Positions 1-8,936 are shown, numbered from the whole stretch's first letter. The stretch: DNA of 63,970 nt, filler included, from Candidatus Woesearchaeota archaeon (GCA_018399355.1; 9 parts of 9 records of this genome joined end to end with filler, not necessarily neighbours in it); one strand, 5' to 3'. Notes: generated by a model from the sequence alone, not told the origin. Numbers and translations: made by a program.

Positions 1-56
1 CTTATAGACGAAACAAATCGCCAAATTCTTTCAAAAAAATTAAAAAAAATTTAGAA

Positions 57-254
57 TTATTTCTTTCTCAGATAATATATCAAATACAAGGCTGCAACTC
101 CCACCAAAATATACACTAAATTCATCAGCCAAGTCACTGAACCAAATATCGCTGAAACAAGGTTGAAGTTTAACAAACCAACCAGTCCCCAGTTAAGGCC
201 TCCAACAATGACCAAAACCAAAGCTATCCAATCTAATACACTTTTTTCTGCCAT
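57..254 (-). CDS. DUF378 family small membrane protein
   Basis: LDWIALVLVIVGGLNWGLVGLLNFNLVSAIFG matches the DUF378 signature; two hydrophobic segments. Confidence 0.85.
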   Translation of the reverse strand: MAEKSVLDWIALVLVIVGGLNWGLVGLLNFNLVSAIFGSVTWLMNLVYILVGVAALYLIYYLRKK

Positions 255-400
255 TTAATCACCCCTTAAGTTTTTTATATATAATGCATATTTTAGTATT
301 TAAACCTTTTGCAATTTCGGAAGAATTCCGAGGTTTTTTAAAAACATTTATAAATCACCAAAAATAATTCAAATATTATCATCAACATATAGGTGAGCTA

Positions 401-2230
401 ATGGTTAAAAATAAAAAAAAGCAAAACAAAAATTCTGAAGATAATTTCAAGGAGATTGAGTCAAAACTTCCAAAAGACGCGCAAAAAAAGCTCAAAAACA
501 TAAAATTAAAGCTTGACAAATTCAAGGATTCTGTTATAAAAAAATTTGAGGATTACATAATAGGGGTTGCTCTGCTGCCTCCAAAAAAGCCAGAGAAAGA
601 GGGAGACCCGCCGTCTGAAGACATAAATGTTCTTGTTCTTGTTGATGATTCTGACAGCAAAAAAATGTCAAAAGAGGAATTAAAGGAAAAGCTCTCATCC
701 ATTATAGAGGACATGGCAAAAAAAACTGATGGAAATTTAAAGCCCCATACAATAATTATTTCAGAGCTCTGGCAGAGTTGCTATGACGGAAAATATGACA
801 TGCTTGAGATGATTGCAATGTCAGCCCCTGTCTATGATAAGGGAATGCTTTCTGCAATAAAAATAGCTGAAATTCATAAGTCAATGACAATAAAAAAGTT
901 TGAAAAGTATATAGTTAGTTATGTATTGGCAGGCTCTTTAGTCCAGGGCAGGGCAACGCCTGAGTCAGATATTGACGTCTTTATAGTTGTTGATGACACT
1001 GATGTAAAGAAGATGACAAGGGCTGAACTTAAAGACAAATTAAGGGCAATAATAATACAGATGGGATTTGAAGCAGGTGAGATGACTGGAATAAAGAACA
1101 AGCTTAATGTGCAGGTCTATATATTAACTGACTTCTGGGACAATATAAAAGAAGCCAATCCAATAATATTCACTTTCCTGAGAGATGGTATCCCCCTGTA
1201 TGATAGGGGAATCTTCATGCCATGGAAACAATTGCTGAAGATGGGAAAGATAAAGCCTTCAACAGAGGCAATAGACATGTACATGCACAGTGGAGAGCAG
1301 ATGCTGAAGGCAGTGAATTTAAAGATAAGGGACCTTGCTATGGAAGATACATATTGGGCGATACTGACACCAAGCCAGGCTGCATTAATGCTTTATGGAG
1401 TTGCCCCTCCAACACCAAAGGAAACTCCTGATTTAATGAGGCAGATATTTGTAAAAAAAGAAAAGATGCTCGAAGATAAATATGTTAAAATTCTTGAGAA
1501 AAATATACAGATTAGAAAAGAATGTGAACATGGTTCAAAAAAGCAAGTCAGCGGAAAGGAGATTGACGAGCTTCTTGAGAATGCAGAACAATATCTTAAG
1601 AGGATAAAGAAGCTTTTCGGGCAAATAGAAAAAACAAAAGAAGAAGAATCAATAGTCCATATTTATGAGACAGCATCAACAATAGTAAGGGATGTGCTTA
1701 AAACACAAGGAGTTTTCAATGTAAAGGATACAGAGCTGGAAAAAAAGTTCAATGATGAAATAATATGTAAGGCGAATGTCCCTGCAAAATTCCTAAGGAT
1801 ATTCAAGGAGATAATAAAGGCAAAAAAAGATTATGACCAGAAAAAGCTTACAAAAACAGAAATTGAAAGCATAAAAAAGAAATCCCAGGAATTCATAAGG
1901 TTTATGATAGAACATATACAGAGGAAGAGGGGAATAGAAATAGAGAAAGCCAAGATAAAGGTTAAGTACGGAGAAAAGTATGGTGAAATCCTTTTGCTTG
2001 GAAACAAGGCGTATATAATACATGATATTGACAGCGAGGAAAAGACAGTTACAAAAGCAAGCATAAAAGATGACGGAAGCCTTGGTAAGATAACAGAAAG
2101 TTCTTTTGAAGAGCTTGAGAAAGATTTAGCAAATATGGAAAACTTCTCAAGGGTTTTCATAAAACAGCCAATATTTGAGGATATGAGAAAGCTATTCGGA
2201 AAAGATGTTGAGATACTTGTGAACTACTAA
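401..2230 (+). CDS. Tandem nucleotidyltransferase (MNT-like) domain plus HEPN domain protein
   Basis: GSLVQGRATPESDIDVFIVVDD is a Pol-beta-type GS...DxD motif; degenerate upstream copy DINVLVLVDD; helical HEPN-like region with RKECEH (Rx4H); GGTGA RBS. Confidence 0.7.
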   Translation: MVKNKKKQNKNSEDNFKEIESKLPKDAQKKLKNIKLKLDKFKDSVIKKFEDYIIGVALLPPKKPEKEGDPPSEDINVLVLVDDSDSKKMSKEELKEKLSSIIEDMAKKTDGNLKPHTIIISELWQSCYDGKYDMLEMIAMSAPVYDKGMLSAIKIAEIHKSMTIKKFEKYIVSYVLAGSLVQGRATPESDIDVFIVVDDTDVKKMTRAELKDKLRAIIIQMGFEAGEMTGIKNKLNVQVYILTDFWDNIKEANPIIFTFLRDGIPLYDRGIFMPWKQLLKMGKIKPSTEAIDMYMHSGEQMLKAVNLKIRDLAMEDTYWAILTPSQAALMLYGVAPPTPKETPDLMRQIFVKKEKMLEDKYVKILEKNIQIRKECEHGSKKQVSGKEIDELLENAEQYLKRIKKLFGQIEKTKEEESIVHIYETASTIVRDVLKTQGVFNVKDTELEKKFNDEIICKANVPAKFLRIFKEIIKAKKDYDQKKLTKTEIESIKKKSQEFIRFMIEHIQRKRGIEIEKAKIKVKYGEKYGEILLLGNKAYIIHDIDSEEKTVTKASIKDDGSLGKITESSFEELEKDLANMENFSRVFIKQPIFEDMRKLFGKDVEILVNY

Positions 2231-2308
2231 TAGCTTTTCTGTTATATATTTTTGTTTTACTATATTTTTATTAATCAGAACTCTATTTTAAATTTTTAAG
2301 GGGTTTAT

Positions 2309-2875
2309 ATGTCAGCTAAATACAAAACTGGTTATAGGATATGCGATGCAATGACAAAAAAGCCGATAACGGTTTCTCCAGATGTTTCTGTTTATGAATG
2401 CGCATTAAAAATGAGGCAGCACGGAATAGGCGGCCTTATTGTAACACAAGAAAACAGGCTTCTTGGTATACTTTCTGACAAAGACATTGTGAGAAGGGTT
2501 ATTGCAAGCAAGCAAGATCCGAAAAAGCTTAAGGCAAAAGATGTGATGGTAAATAATGTTATAACCATAACTCCTGAAAAAGATATCTATGATGCCCTTG
2601 TAAAAATGAAAGACAGGGACATAAGGCACCTTCCTGTGATGGATAAAAAAGAAATGATTGGATTATTAACATTAAAAGACATACTGAAAATACAGCCAGA
2701 GCTTTTCGAACTTATGGTCGAAAAATATGAGCTAAGGGAAGAGTCAAGAAAGCCTGTTTTTGGAGGGGCAATATCAGAGGGAATATGCGAAGCATGCGGC
2801 TTTCCGTCAACTTATTTAGCTGAAGTAGAAGGCTCGTTTCTATGCAGGAAGTGCGCAACCAAACGCCGCGTTTAG
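2309..2875 (+). CDS. CBS-pair protein with C-terminal zinc ribbon
   Basis: Two CBS repeats (DAMTKKPITVSPD...GILSDKDI; DVMVNNVITITPE...RHLPV...GLLTLKDI) and CEACG...CRKC. Confidence 0.85.
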   Translation: MSAKYKTGYRICDAMTKKPITVSPDVSVYECALKMRQHGIGGLIVTQENRLLGILSDKDIVRRVIASKQDPKKLKAKDVMVNNVITITPEKDIYDALVKMKDRDIRHLPVMDKKEMIGLLTLKDILKIQPELFELMVEKYELREESRKPVFGGAISEGICEACGFPSTYLAEVEGSFLCRKCATKRRV

Positions 2876-2916
2876 AAACCTTTAAATATGTTTTATTTTT
2901 CTTTCTTACCTATCCT

Positions 2917-3022
2917 GCGGGGGTAGCAAAGCCTGGAAAATGCGCAGGACTTAAGGCGCTTGCTTTTCAGTAAGATATCCTGTCTCTTAGTGAGTCCGTG
3001 GGTTCAAATCCCATCCCCCGCA
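2917..3022 (+). tRNA. tRNA-Leu(TAA) with 21-nt canonical 37/38 intron (2956-2976)
   Basis: Acceptor GCGGGGG/CCCCCGC, anticodon stem CAGGA/TCCTG, long variable arm, GGTTCAAATCC; BHB central helix CTTA/TAAG with 3-nt bulges AGG and ATA. Confidence 0.92.
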
Positions 3023-3033
3023 TATAAATAATC

Positions 3034-4161
3034 ATGGTGATAATAATGAAAATAAATAGAGCAATACAAATTTTTTTAGTGGTTTTTTTAGTTGGAAACA
3101 TGATGGTTTCTGCAGCTGTAGACTCAAACTATGAATGTGAGGATGAGAACTGCATGGAAGGAACTAAAATAAGCTTCAATGTAACTGTACTCAACAACAT
3201 AAACAAAACAATTATTGTAAAAGATGTTTATATAAAGGAAAGAGATTACGGAACTATTCTTGCTTATGATACAAGCGATGACATTGTCTTAAATCTAAAT
3301 GAGGCTTATGACTTTAGATTTGAAAGCACAGTAAAGGCCCCAACGCAAGGTTACACTTTTTATTATGTTCCATGCTTCACTGTTTCACACATGGAAAATC
3401 CTGATGAAGAAACAGAGATTTGCGGAAAGATAGTAAAAAGCTTTACAGTTATACCTCTTGACAAGATTGAGTGCAGAACTGATGATGGATGTGCTGATGA
3501 TGAATACTGCAATACATTCAGTTTATATAAATGTGTAAAGCTGGACTGTGAGGAAGGCCAAACAATAGTAAACCATAAGTGCGTTGATATTCTCCCACAG
3601 CAGATAACAGTTGTAAACTGGTGGAATGTTTTTATTGTTTTGCTGGGAATAATTGTTGGAATAATGCTTTTGCTTTTGCTGTTTGGAAAAAAAGAAGAGA
3701 GTGATGATGATTTTGATATTGATTTGACTAATGAAGAAACAGATGAACACAAGAAGGATGCAGAAAAAATAAATAAAGAAGAAAAAGAGCAAGCAGCTCA
3801 AGAAAAGAAGGAAAAGCCAGAAGAAAGCAAGAAAACAGAAAAAAAGAACAAGGCAGAAAAAGAGTTTAAAGAAAACCAGAAGGATAATAATCCTGAAAAA
3901 CCTGAACAGGATGAAAAAACAGAAGAAAATCCTGAAAGAAAAATGAAAAAGAAAAAGGCAAGAAAAAAATACAAAAAGGTAAATAAGGAAATAAAGCCGG
4001 TTATAGACAATGAATACAGCCTTGAAGATGAAAAAAACGAAGAAATAAAGAAGAAAAACTCTGGAGAGTCAGTCTATGAAGAAGAGACTAACCAAGGCGT
4101 TGTTGACTACGAAGGATACGATGACGAAGATGATGAGGAAAACAGGAATCCTTTCATTTAG
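3034..4161 (+). CDS. Secreted/membrane-anchored Cys-rich protein with long charged cytoplasmic tail
   Basis: N-terminal signal peptide, Cys-rich modules, TM (WWNVFIVLLGIIVGIMLLLLLF), Lys/Glu low-complexity tail. Confidence 0.7.
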   Translation: MVIIMKINRAIQIFLVVFLVGNMMVSAAVDSNYECEDENCMEGTKISFNVTVLNNINKTIIVKDVYIKERDYGTILAYDTSDDIVLNLNEAYDFRFESTVKAPTQGYTFYYVPCFTVSHMENPDEETEICGKIVKSFTVIPLDKIECRTDDGCADDEYCNTFSLYKCVKLDCEEGQTIVNHKCVDILPQQITVVNWWNVFIVLLGIIVGIMLLLLLFGKKEESDDDFDIDLTNEETDEHKKDAEKINKEEKEQAAQEKKEKPEESKKTEKKNKAEKEFKENQKDNNPEKPEQDEKTEENPERKMKKKKARKKYKKVNKEIKPVIDNEYSLEDEKNEEIKKKNSGESVYEEETNQGVVDYEGYDDEDDEENRNPFI

Positions 4162-4189
4162 AAATTTAGGTTAGCTTTATTTTTATTTT

Positions 4190-4261
4190 GCCCCGGTGGC
4201 TTAGTGGTATAGCGCCACCTTGGTAAGGTGGAGGTCGCGAGTTCGACTCTCGCTCGGGGCT
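4190..4261 (+). tRNA. tRNA-Thr(GGT)
   Basis: GCCCCGG/TCGGGGC acceptor, CCACC-TT GGT AA-GGTGG, GCGAG TTCGACT CTCGC. Confidence 0.95.
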
Positions 4262-4332
4262 TTATGGGGCTCCGGCCAGAGGCTAGGAGCCGCATCTGTT
4301 TTTACCAGATTTTTTAAAAAATCTGCGCTGAT

Positions 4333-4354
4333 TTCAAATTTTGCTCGGGGCTTT
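4333..4354 (+). repeat. Degenerate direct repeat of the tRNA-Thr 3' end (att-like)
   Basis: TTCAAATTTTGCTCGGGGCTTT vs the tRNA 3' end TTCGACTCTCGCTCGGGGCTTT. Confidence 0.55.
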
Positions 4355-4399
4355 TTTTCCATAAGATTTATATATTCTTTGTAATCTTAAGTTATTATC

Positions 4400-4602
4400 G
4401 GGCCCGTGGTCTAGTGGCTATGACATCACCTTGACGTGGTGAGGATCCCCGGTTCAAAACAAATGGTTACGCTCATTTGATACGCAAGGGCAGGCATTGA
4501 ATTAAAAATTCAAGCCCACCGAGCTCGCTAACGCTCGCATAAAATACAAGTTTTAGCTTAAAATCAAAGATGTAGCATTTGGTGAAAGTCCGGGCGGGCC
4601 CA
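4400..4602 (+). tRNA. tRNA-Val(GAC) with 130-nt intron in the T-loop at position 59/60 (intron 4459-4588)
   Basis: GGGCCCG/CGGGCCC acceptor, TCACC-TT GAC GT-GGTGA, T-stem CCCGG/CCGGG; removing 4459-4588 gives the T-loop TTCAAAT; BHB-like TTCA/TGAA helix with AAA and AGT bulges. Confidence 0.88.
4460..4538 (+). repeat. Structured ~80-nt element, copy 1 (inside tRNA-Val intron)
   Basis: Near-identical to 38999-39076(-): GGTTACGCTCA..ACGCAAGGGC..TTGAATTAAAAATTCAAGCCCACCG.GCTCGCT..CGCTCGC. Confidence 0.9.
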
Positions 4603-4604
4603 TA

Positions 4605-4667
4605 CAGCTTCTTGCTAAGTTGGCATGCAAGTCTAGCATAAAACTGGACGTGCTCACTGAAGCTTGC
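4605..4667 (+). repeat. Structured element, copy 2 (2 nt downstream of tRNA-Val), shortened and degenerate
   Basis: CAGCTTCTTGCTAAGTTGGCATGCAAG...CGTGCTCACT, matching 38879-38957(-) CAGCTTCTTGCTAAGCTGGCACGCAGG. Confidence 0.8.
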
Positions 4668-4776
4668 AAGCTAAAAATAAGAGGTGTGAAAAATCAGAAA
4701 GATTAAAGACGACTTATCAAAATATTTTATTCTTTTAATCTTTATTGTATTTATCCTACTTACATTTATCATCTTA

Positions 4777-5751
4777 ATGCCTTATATAACTACTATTCTT
4801 ACCAGCGCTATAATCGCCTACCTTTTCTTTCCATTGTATAAATGGATTCTAAAAAAAACAAAAAGAAAAAACCTTTCTGCAACTATTGTCATGGTTTTGA
4901 TTGTTATTCTTTTGCTTATTCCCTCTATTTTCATTATAAATTTATTTACAAGAGAGATAAGCTCTGTTTATTTTGGAGTTAGGAGCAGGATACAGCAGGG
5001 CAATATAATTGGAGAGGATTACCAGGATGACCCATTAACTGAAAAGGCAAATTATTTTTTGGTTGATTTGATGAAAAGGCCTGAATTCCTAAATTATATA
5101 GACAGGGCAATAAATTCAATAATAGGTACTCTATCAACATTTATTGTTACAATACCAAAAAGAATAGTGAGCTTCTTTGTAATGATGTTTCTTTTATTCT
5201 TCTTTATAAGAGATGGTGAGTTGATTATACAGAAGTGTGAAAAGTTTGTTCCAATAACAATAAAACACAAAAACCAGGTTGTGAAAAAATTTGGAGATGT
5301 GACTCATGGAGTGATATATGGATATTTTTTAACATCATTAGTTCAGGGAGTAGTTGGATTAGTTGGACTTTATACATTTGGAATAAGCTCTCCTTTGATA
5401 TGGGGTATAGTGATGATGATAGCTGCCATGATACCCTTTGTAGGAGCTCCGGTTGTATGGATTCCTTTGGGTGTTGTAAAGCTTATACAGGGAATAACAG
5501 CAGGAAGCACATTAGGAATACTTCAGGGAGCAGGGCTTTTGCTTTACGGATTTTTGGTAATTTCAACAATTGATGACATAGTAAGGCCAAAGATAATCGG
5601 CCACAGGGCAAAAATCCATCCTGTTGTAATACTTCTTGGAATAGTGGGAGGGGTTTCAACTTTTGGCTTTATAGGCTTGTTTGTTGGACCTTTAGTTCTT
5701 TCACTTTTATTAACGTTTATAGAGATATACAAAAATGAAACTCAAAGTTAA
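4777..5751 (+). CDS. AI-2E family (PerM/UPF0118) transporter; true start probably upstream near 4693
   Basis: Multi-TM; IPFVGAPVVWIP, STIDDIVRPKIIG, IHPVVILLGIVGG..FGFIGLFVGP motifs; the frame is open upstream to 4690 and encodes an extra TM. Confidence 0.9.
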   Translation: MPYITTILTSAIIAYLFFPLYKWILKKTKRKNLSATIVMVLIVILLLIPSIFIINLFTREISSVYFGVRSRIQQGNIIGEDYQDDPLTEKANYFLVDLMKRPEFLNYIDRAINSIIGTLSTFIVTIPKRIVSFFVMMFLLFFFIRDGELIIQKCEKFVPITIKHKNQVVKKFGDVTHGVIYGYFLTSLVQGVVGLVGLYTFGISSPLIWGIVMMIAAMIPFVGAPVVWIPLGVVKLIQGITAGSTLGILQGAGLLLYGFLVISTIDDIVRPKIIGHRAKIHPVVILLGIVGGVSTFGFIGLFVGPLVLSLLLTFIEIYKNETQS

Positions 5752-7231
5752 GGACATGGACATAGCAACAGGCCTGCCCCTTGTTGCAATAGTAAACAAA
5801 AAAGATGCAAATAAGCTTGACCTCTATTATGAAGACAGGATTCTTATAAAAAAAGGCAAGCAGTGCGTTGTTGCCATAACTAATATCTCAGAATCAAACA
5901 AGTTTGTTCCAGAGGGAAAGATAGGACTTTGTGAAGAGGTATTGAAAAAAATTAATTCAAAAACAGGCGACAGTGTGAATATATCAATTGTCTCTAGGCC
6001 TGCATCGCTTAGTTATATCAGAAAAAAGCTTAACAAAGGAAAACTAAGCTATAAAGAATTTTATGAAATAATACAGGATATAATAAACAACAGGCTAAGC
6101 CAGGTTGAGACAGCTTATTTTGTGGCTGCATGCTACACCCATGAGCTTGATTTAGAGGAAAGCGTTTCTTTGACCAAGGCAATGGTAAACACAGGAGAGA
6201 TATTAAAGCTGAAAAAATATCCTGTGATGGACAAGCACTGCATTGGCGGTGTTGCTGGAAACAGGACAACAATGATAGTGCTGCCCATAGTTGCTGCAGC
6301 AGGGCTTGCAATGCCAAAAACATCCTCAAGAAGCATAACAAGTCCTGCAGGAACAGCAGACACAATGGAAGTTCTTGCCAATGTAAATCTTTCTGTGAAT
6401 GAAATGAAGCATATTGTTGAAAAAATCAACGGCTGTCTTGTCTGGGGAGGTTCATTAAACCTTGCTCCTGCTGATGACAAGATAATAAGAGTTGAGCATC
6501 CTCTTTCATTGGATCCTGTTGGGCAACTGCTTGCGAGCGTCCTTGCAAAGAAAAAATCTGTTTCAGCAACCCATCTTCTTATTGACATACCTCTTGGAAA
6601 GGGAGCAAAAATTGAAACAAGAAAAAAAGCCATGAAGTACAAAAAACTTTTTGAAGAGATATGCAAAAAGCTGGGAATACAAGTTAAGGTAATAATAACA
6701 GACGGCTCTCAGCCAATTGGAAACGGAATTGGGCCATCGTTAGAGGCAAGGGATATTTTATGGGTTTTGAAAAATCATCCAAATCAACCTTATGATTTAA
6801 GAGAAAAGTCATTAAAAATGGCTGGAATCATGCTTGAGATGGGGAAAAAGGCAAAAAAAGGCCAGGGTTATAAAAAAGCTCTTGAGATTCTTGAATCAGG
6901 AAAGGCGTATGAAAAGATGAGCGAGATAATAAAAGCACAGGGCGGAAAAACAATAGGCCCTGAGAAGATAAAGGTTGGAAGATTAAGGCATGATTTTAAG
7001 GCAAAGAAAAATGGCACTATTTTGCATATTGATAACAAGTCCATATCAAAAATAGCCAGAGCTTCAGGAGCTCCTCAAAGCATTGCATCAGGAGTTTACA
7101 TTCACAAGCATGCTGGCCAAAAAGTGAAAAAACATGAAAAGATAATCACAATATATTCTGAAAACAAAAGTAAATTGAATTATGCTGTTGAGATTCTTGA
7201 TAAAATCAATGGAATTAAGGTTGTTTCCTGA
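5735..7231 (+). CDS. AMP phosphorylase (thymidine phosphorylase family)
   Basis: DKHCIGGVAGN, PKTSSRSITSPAGTADTMEVLA, WGGSLNLAPADD; N-terminal extra domain typical of archaeal AMP phosphorylase. Confidence 0.9.
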   Translation: MKLKVKDMDIATGLPLVAIVNKKDANKLDLYYEDRILIKKGKQCVVAITNISESNKFVPEGKIGLCEEVLKKINSKTGDSVNISIVSRPASLSYIRKKLNKGKLSYKEFYEIIQDIINNRLSQVETAYFVAACYTHELDLEESVSLTKAMVNTGEILKLKKYPVMDKHCIGGVAGNRTTMIVLPIVAAAGLAMPKTSSRSITSPAGTADTMEVLANVNLSVNEMKHIVEKINGCLVWGGSLNLAPADDKIIRVEHPLSLDPVGQLLASVLAKKKSVSATHLLIDIPLGKGAKIETRKKAMKYKKLFEEICKKLGIQVKVIITDGSQPIGNGIGPSLEARDILWVLKNHPNQPYDLREKSLKMAGIMLEMGKKAKKGQGYKKALEILESGKAYEKMSEIIKAQGGKTIGPEKIKVGRLRHDFKAKKNGTILHIDNKSISKIARASGAPQSIASGVYIHKHAGQKVKKHEKIITIYSENKSKLNYAVEILDKINGIKVVS

Positions 7232-7760
7232 AAAGCTCTGGATTTTCAAGGTGGATTAAGGCCATGATAATTGCCTGCTCTGTGTAGTCTTTTCTTGTGA
7301 TTCTTCCTTTTGTAAGATAACCTACAACTCCTTCAGAATATCCTATTCTTTTGTTTTCTGTAAGTTTTGTTCTGTGCATTGCCTCATCTATTTCAATATT
7401 TTCTGACAAGACAAGCTCTGTGACCTTTAAAGGATATTCAAAGCTTGATGACAAACCAAGGTGAAAATCTTTTCCGTCATAGATTGCGCATGCAGTAACA
7501 TCCATATACCCTGATTTTGTATAAGGCACTTCCATTAAGCCGCTCTCTATGCCGAAGCTGTAATCGCAGTTTTCAAATGAGTTTTCAGCTCTTTTCATAG
7601 CTCCATTTATTGTTTCTTTCAATGACTTAGGCTGGTTGTCAACTCCTGAGTCTGCATCAAATGAAACAAGTTCTGCATCACAGAAAAGCTTATATTTCAT
7701 TACAGCGTCTTTCACAGCATCAAGCTTTATCTTGTTTTTTGAGCCAATGTTAATTTTCAT
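7215..7760 (-). CDS. yjjX: Inosine/xanthosine triphosphatase (YjjX family)
   Basis: GSKNKIK, SGVDNQP, ETINGAMKRA, FGIESG, GVVGYLTKGRITRKDY. Confidence 0.88.
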   Translation of the reverse strand: MKINIGSKNKIKLDAVKDAVMKYKLFCDAELVSFDADSGVDNQPKSLKETINGAMKRAENSFENCDYSFGIESGLMEVPYTKSGYMDVTACAIYDGKDFHLGLSSSFEYPLKVTELVLSENIEIDEAMHRTKLTENKRIGYSEGVVGYLTKGRITRKDYTEQAIIMALIHLENPELFRKQP

Positions 7761-7934
7761 AAAAAAATAAGAATAAATCACTTTTATAAATTTAATGATT
7801 TAACAAAACAGAAGTGCTGTATACTAATTTGTAACCACTTACTTGTGACAAAAAACAAAACATTTATATAGTAGTAATGCTACTAATATTGTAGTATAAA
7901 CTATAATATTAAAAGAAGATGAGGAGGGATAAAC

Positions 7935-8501
7935 ATGGTAAATCTTGAAGATTTAATGGGAAAATTTGGAGAGATAGATAAAATTAACAAAGACCTTTAT
8001 TTCAGGGCACATGGATCAGTATCACATTACATAGAAGATAATGGAAACAGTTGGAGCAATCTTAATGAGCAGCAGCAAAGAGAAGCAGCAGAAAAATACA
8101 AAAATGGATTTAATAAAGGAATTATAGATATATCCCAAGTAACAGCAGGAAATGAAATTGGAGAGGCATTGATTTCAAACTTTGGCAATTTTAGTGAAGA
8201 GCATGTTAAAGCAATTCAGAAAGATCCTGTTAGTGGTATTTCACAGGCTTATCAGCATGGAACAAGAAGTATAAATTCAAAACTGTCTGATTTGGTAAGA
8301 AACGGGTTTCAATACACAGATATACCTGCATTGGTGCAGGAAGTTAGTAGTTACGCGAATGTTCCTCTTGACGCAAACAAGGTTGAAACAAAGGATGTTA
8401 TGATTGGATTGTTAAGCTCATGCTACGGGCTTAAAAAAGGAAATGAACAGATGAGAGATGAATTTAAACCTTACATGCCTGATCCACAACCACAGGAATA
8501 A
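7935..8501 (+). CDS. Hypothetical protein
   Basis: 188-aa ORF with GAGGAGG RBS, upstream TATA-like TTTATATA and downstream T-tract; no motif recognised. Confidence 0.7.
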   Translation: MVNLEDLMGKFGEIDKINKDLYFRAHGSVSHYIEDNGNSWSNLNEQQQREAAEKYKNGFNKGIIDISQVTAGNEIGEALISNFGNFSEEHVKAIQKDPVSGISQAYQHGTRSINSKLSDLVRNGFQYTDIPALVQEVSSYANVPLDANKVETKDVMIGLLSSCYGLKKGNEQMRDEFKPYMPDPQPQE

Positions 8502-8612
8502 TTTTTTATTTTTTTATTTTTTTTCATCCTAAACATCGAAATACTTTCTTTTTTCTTTATGATATTGATTGTATCCTAAAAACATATTCATTTTTAATAG
8601 CATAAAAATGAC

Positions 8613-8712
8613 NNNNNNNNNNNNNNNNNNNNNNNNNNNNNNNNNNNNNNNNNNNNTTAATTAATTAANNNNNNNNNNNNNNNNNNNNNNNNNNNNNNNN
8701 NNNNNNNNNNNN
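8613..8712. other. Artificial contig linker
   Basis: N44-TTAATTAATTAA-N44 (stops in all six frames). Confidence 0.98.
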
Positions 8713-8857
8713 GCATGAGGGCGCTGTAAACACCAAAAGATGCCGGCCCCAAAACCTTAGCAATAATCAACCCTGTCAAGACAGAAAAGAAATAAGCACT
8801 GTATCTTGCTATTGTAAATATTGATGTGTCTCTTATTATCTCTTTTTCATTGGCCAT
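8713..8857 (-). CDS. Oligosaccharide flippase (Wzx-like), N-terminal part, truncated at contig end
   Basis: IIRDTSIFTIARY...IIAKVLGPASFGVYS is a typical Wzx N-terminus. Confidence 0.75.
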
Positions 8858-8936
8858 CTTAGAACTATCCCAGGATAATCAAAAATCTTTATAAACTTAA
8901 TGATTTATTTTTTCATATTGATTGCAGCCAAAAACT

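Noticed and set aside
317..331. Inverted repeat TCGGAA-GAA-TTCCGA between divergent genes
   Set aside because: Single occurrence with no linked regulator; could be an operator but unsupported.
4459..4588. T-loop inserts as group I/II introns or homing-endonuclease carriers
   Set aside because: Too short (103-130 nt), no ORF, no recognisable catalytic core; the junctions fit protein-spliced BHB-type introns.
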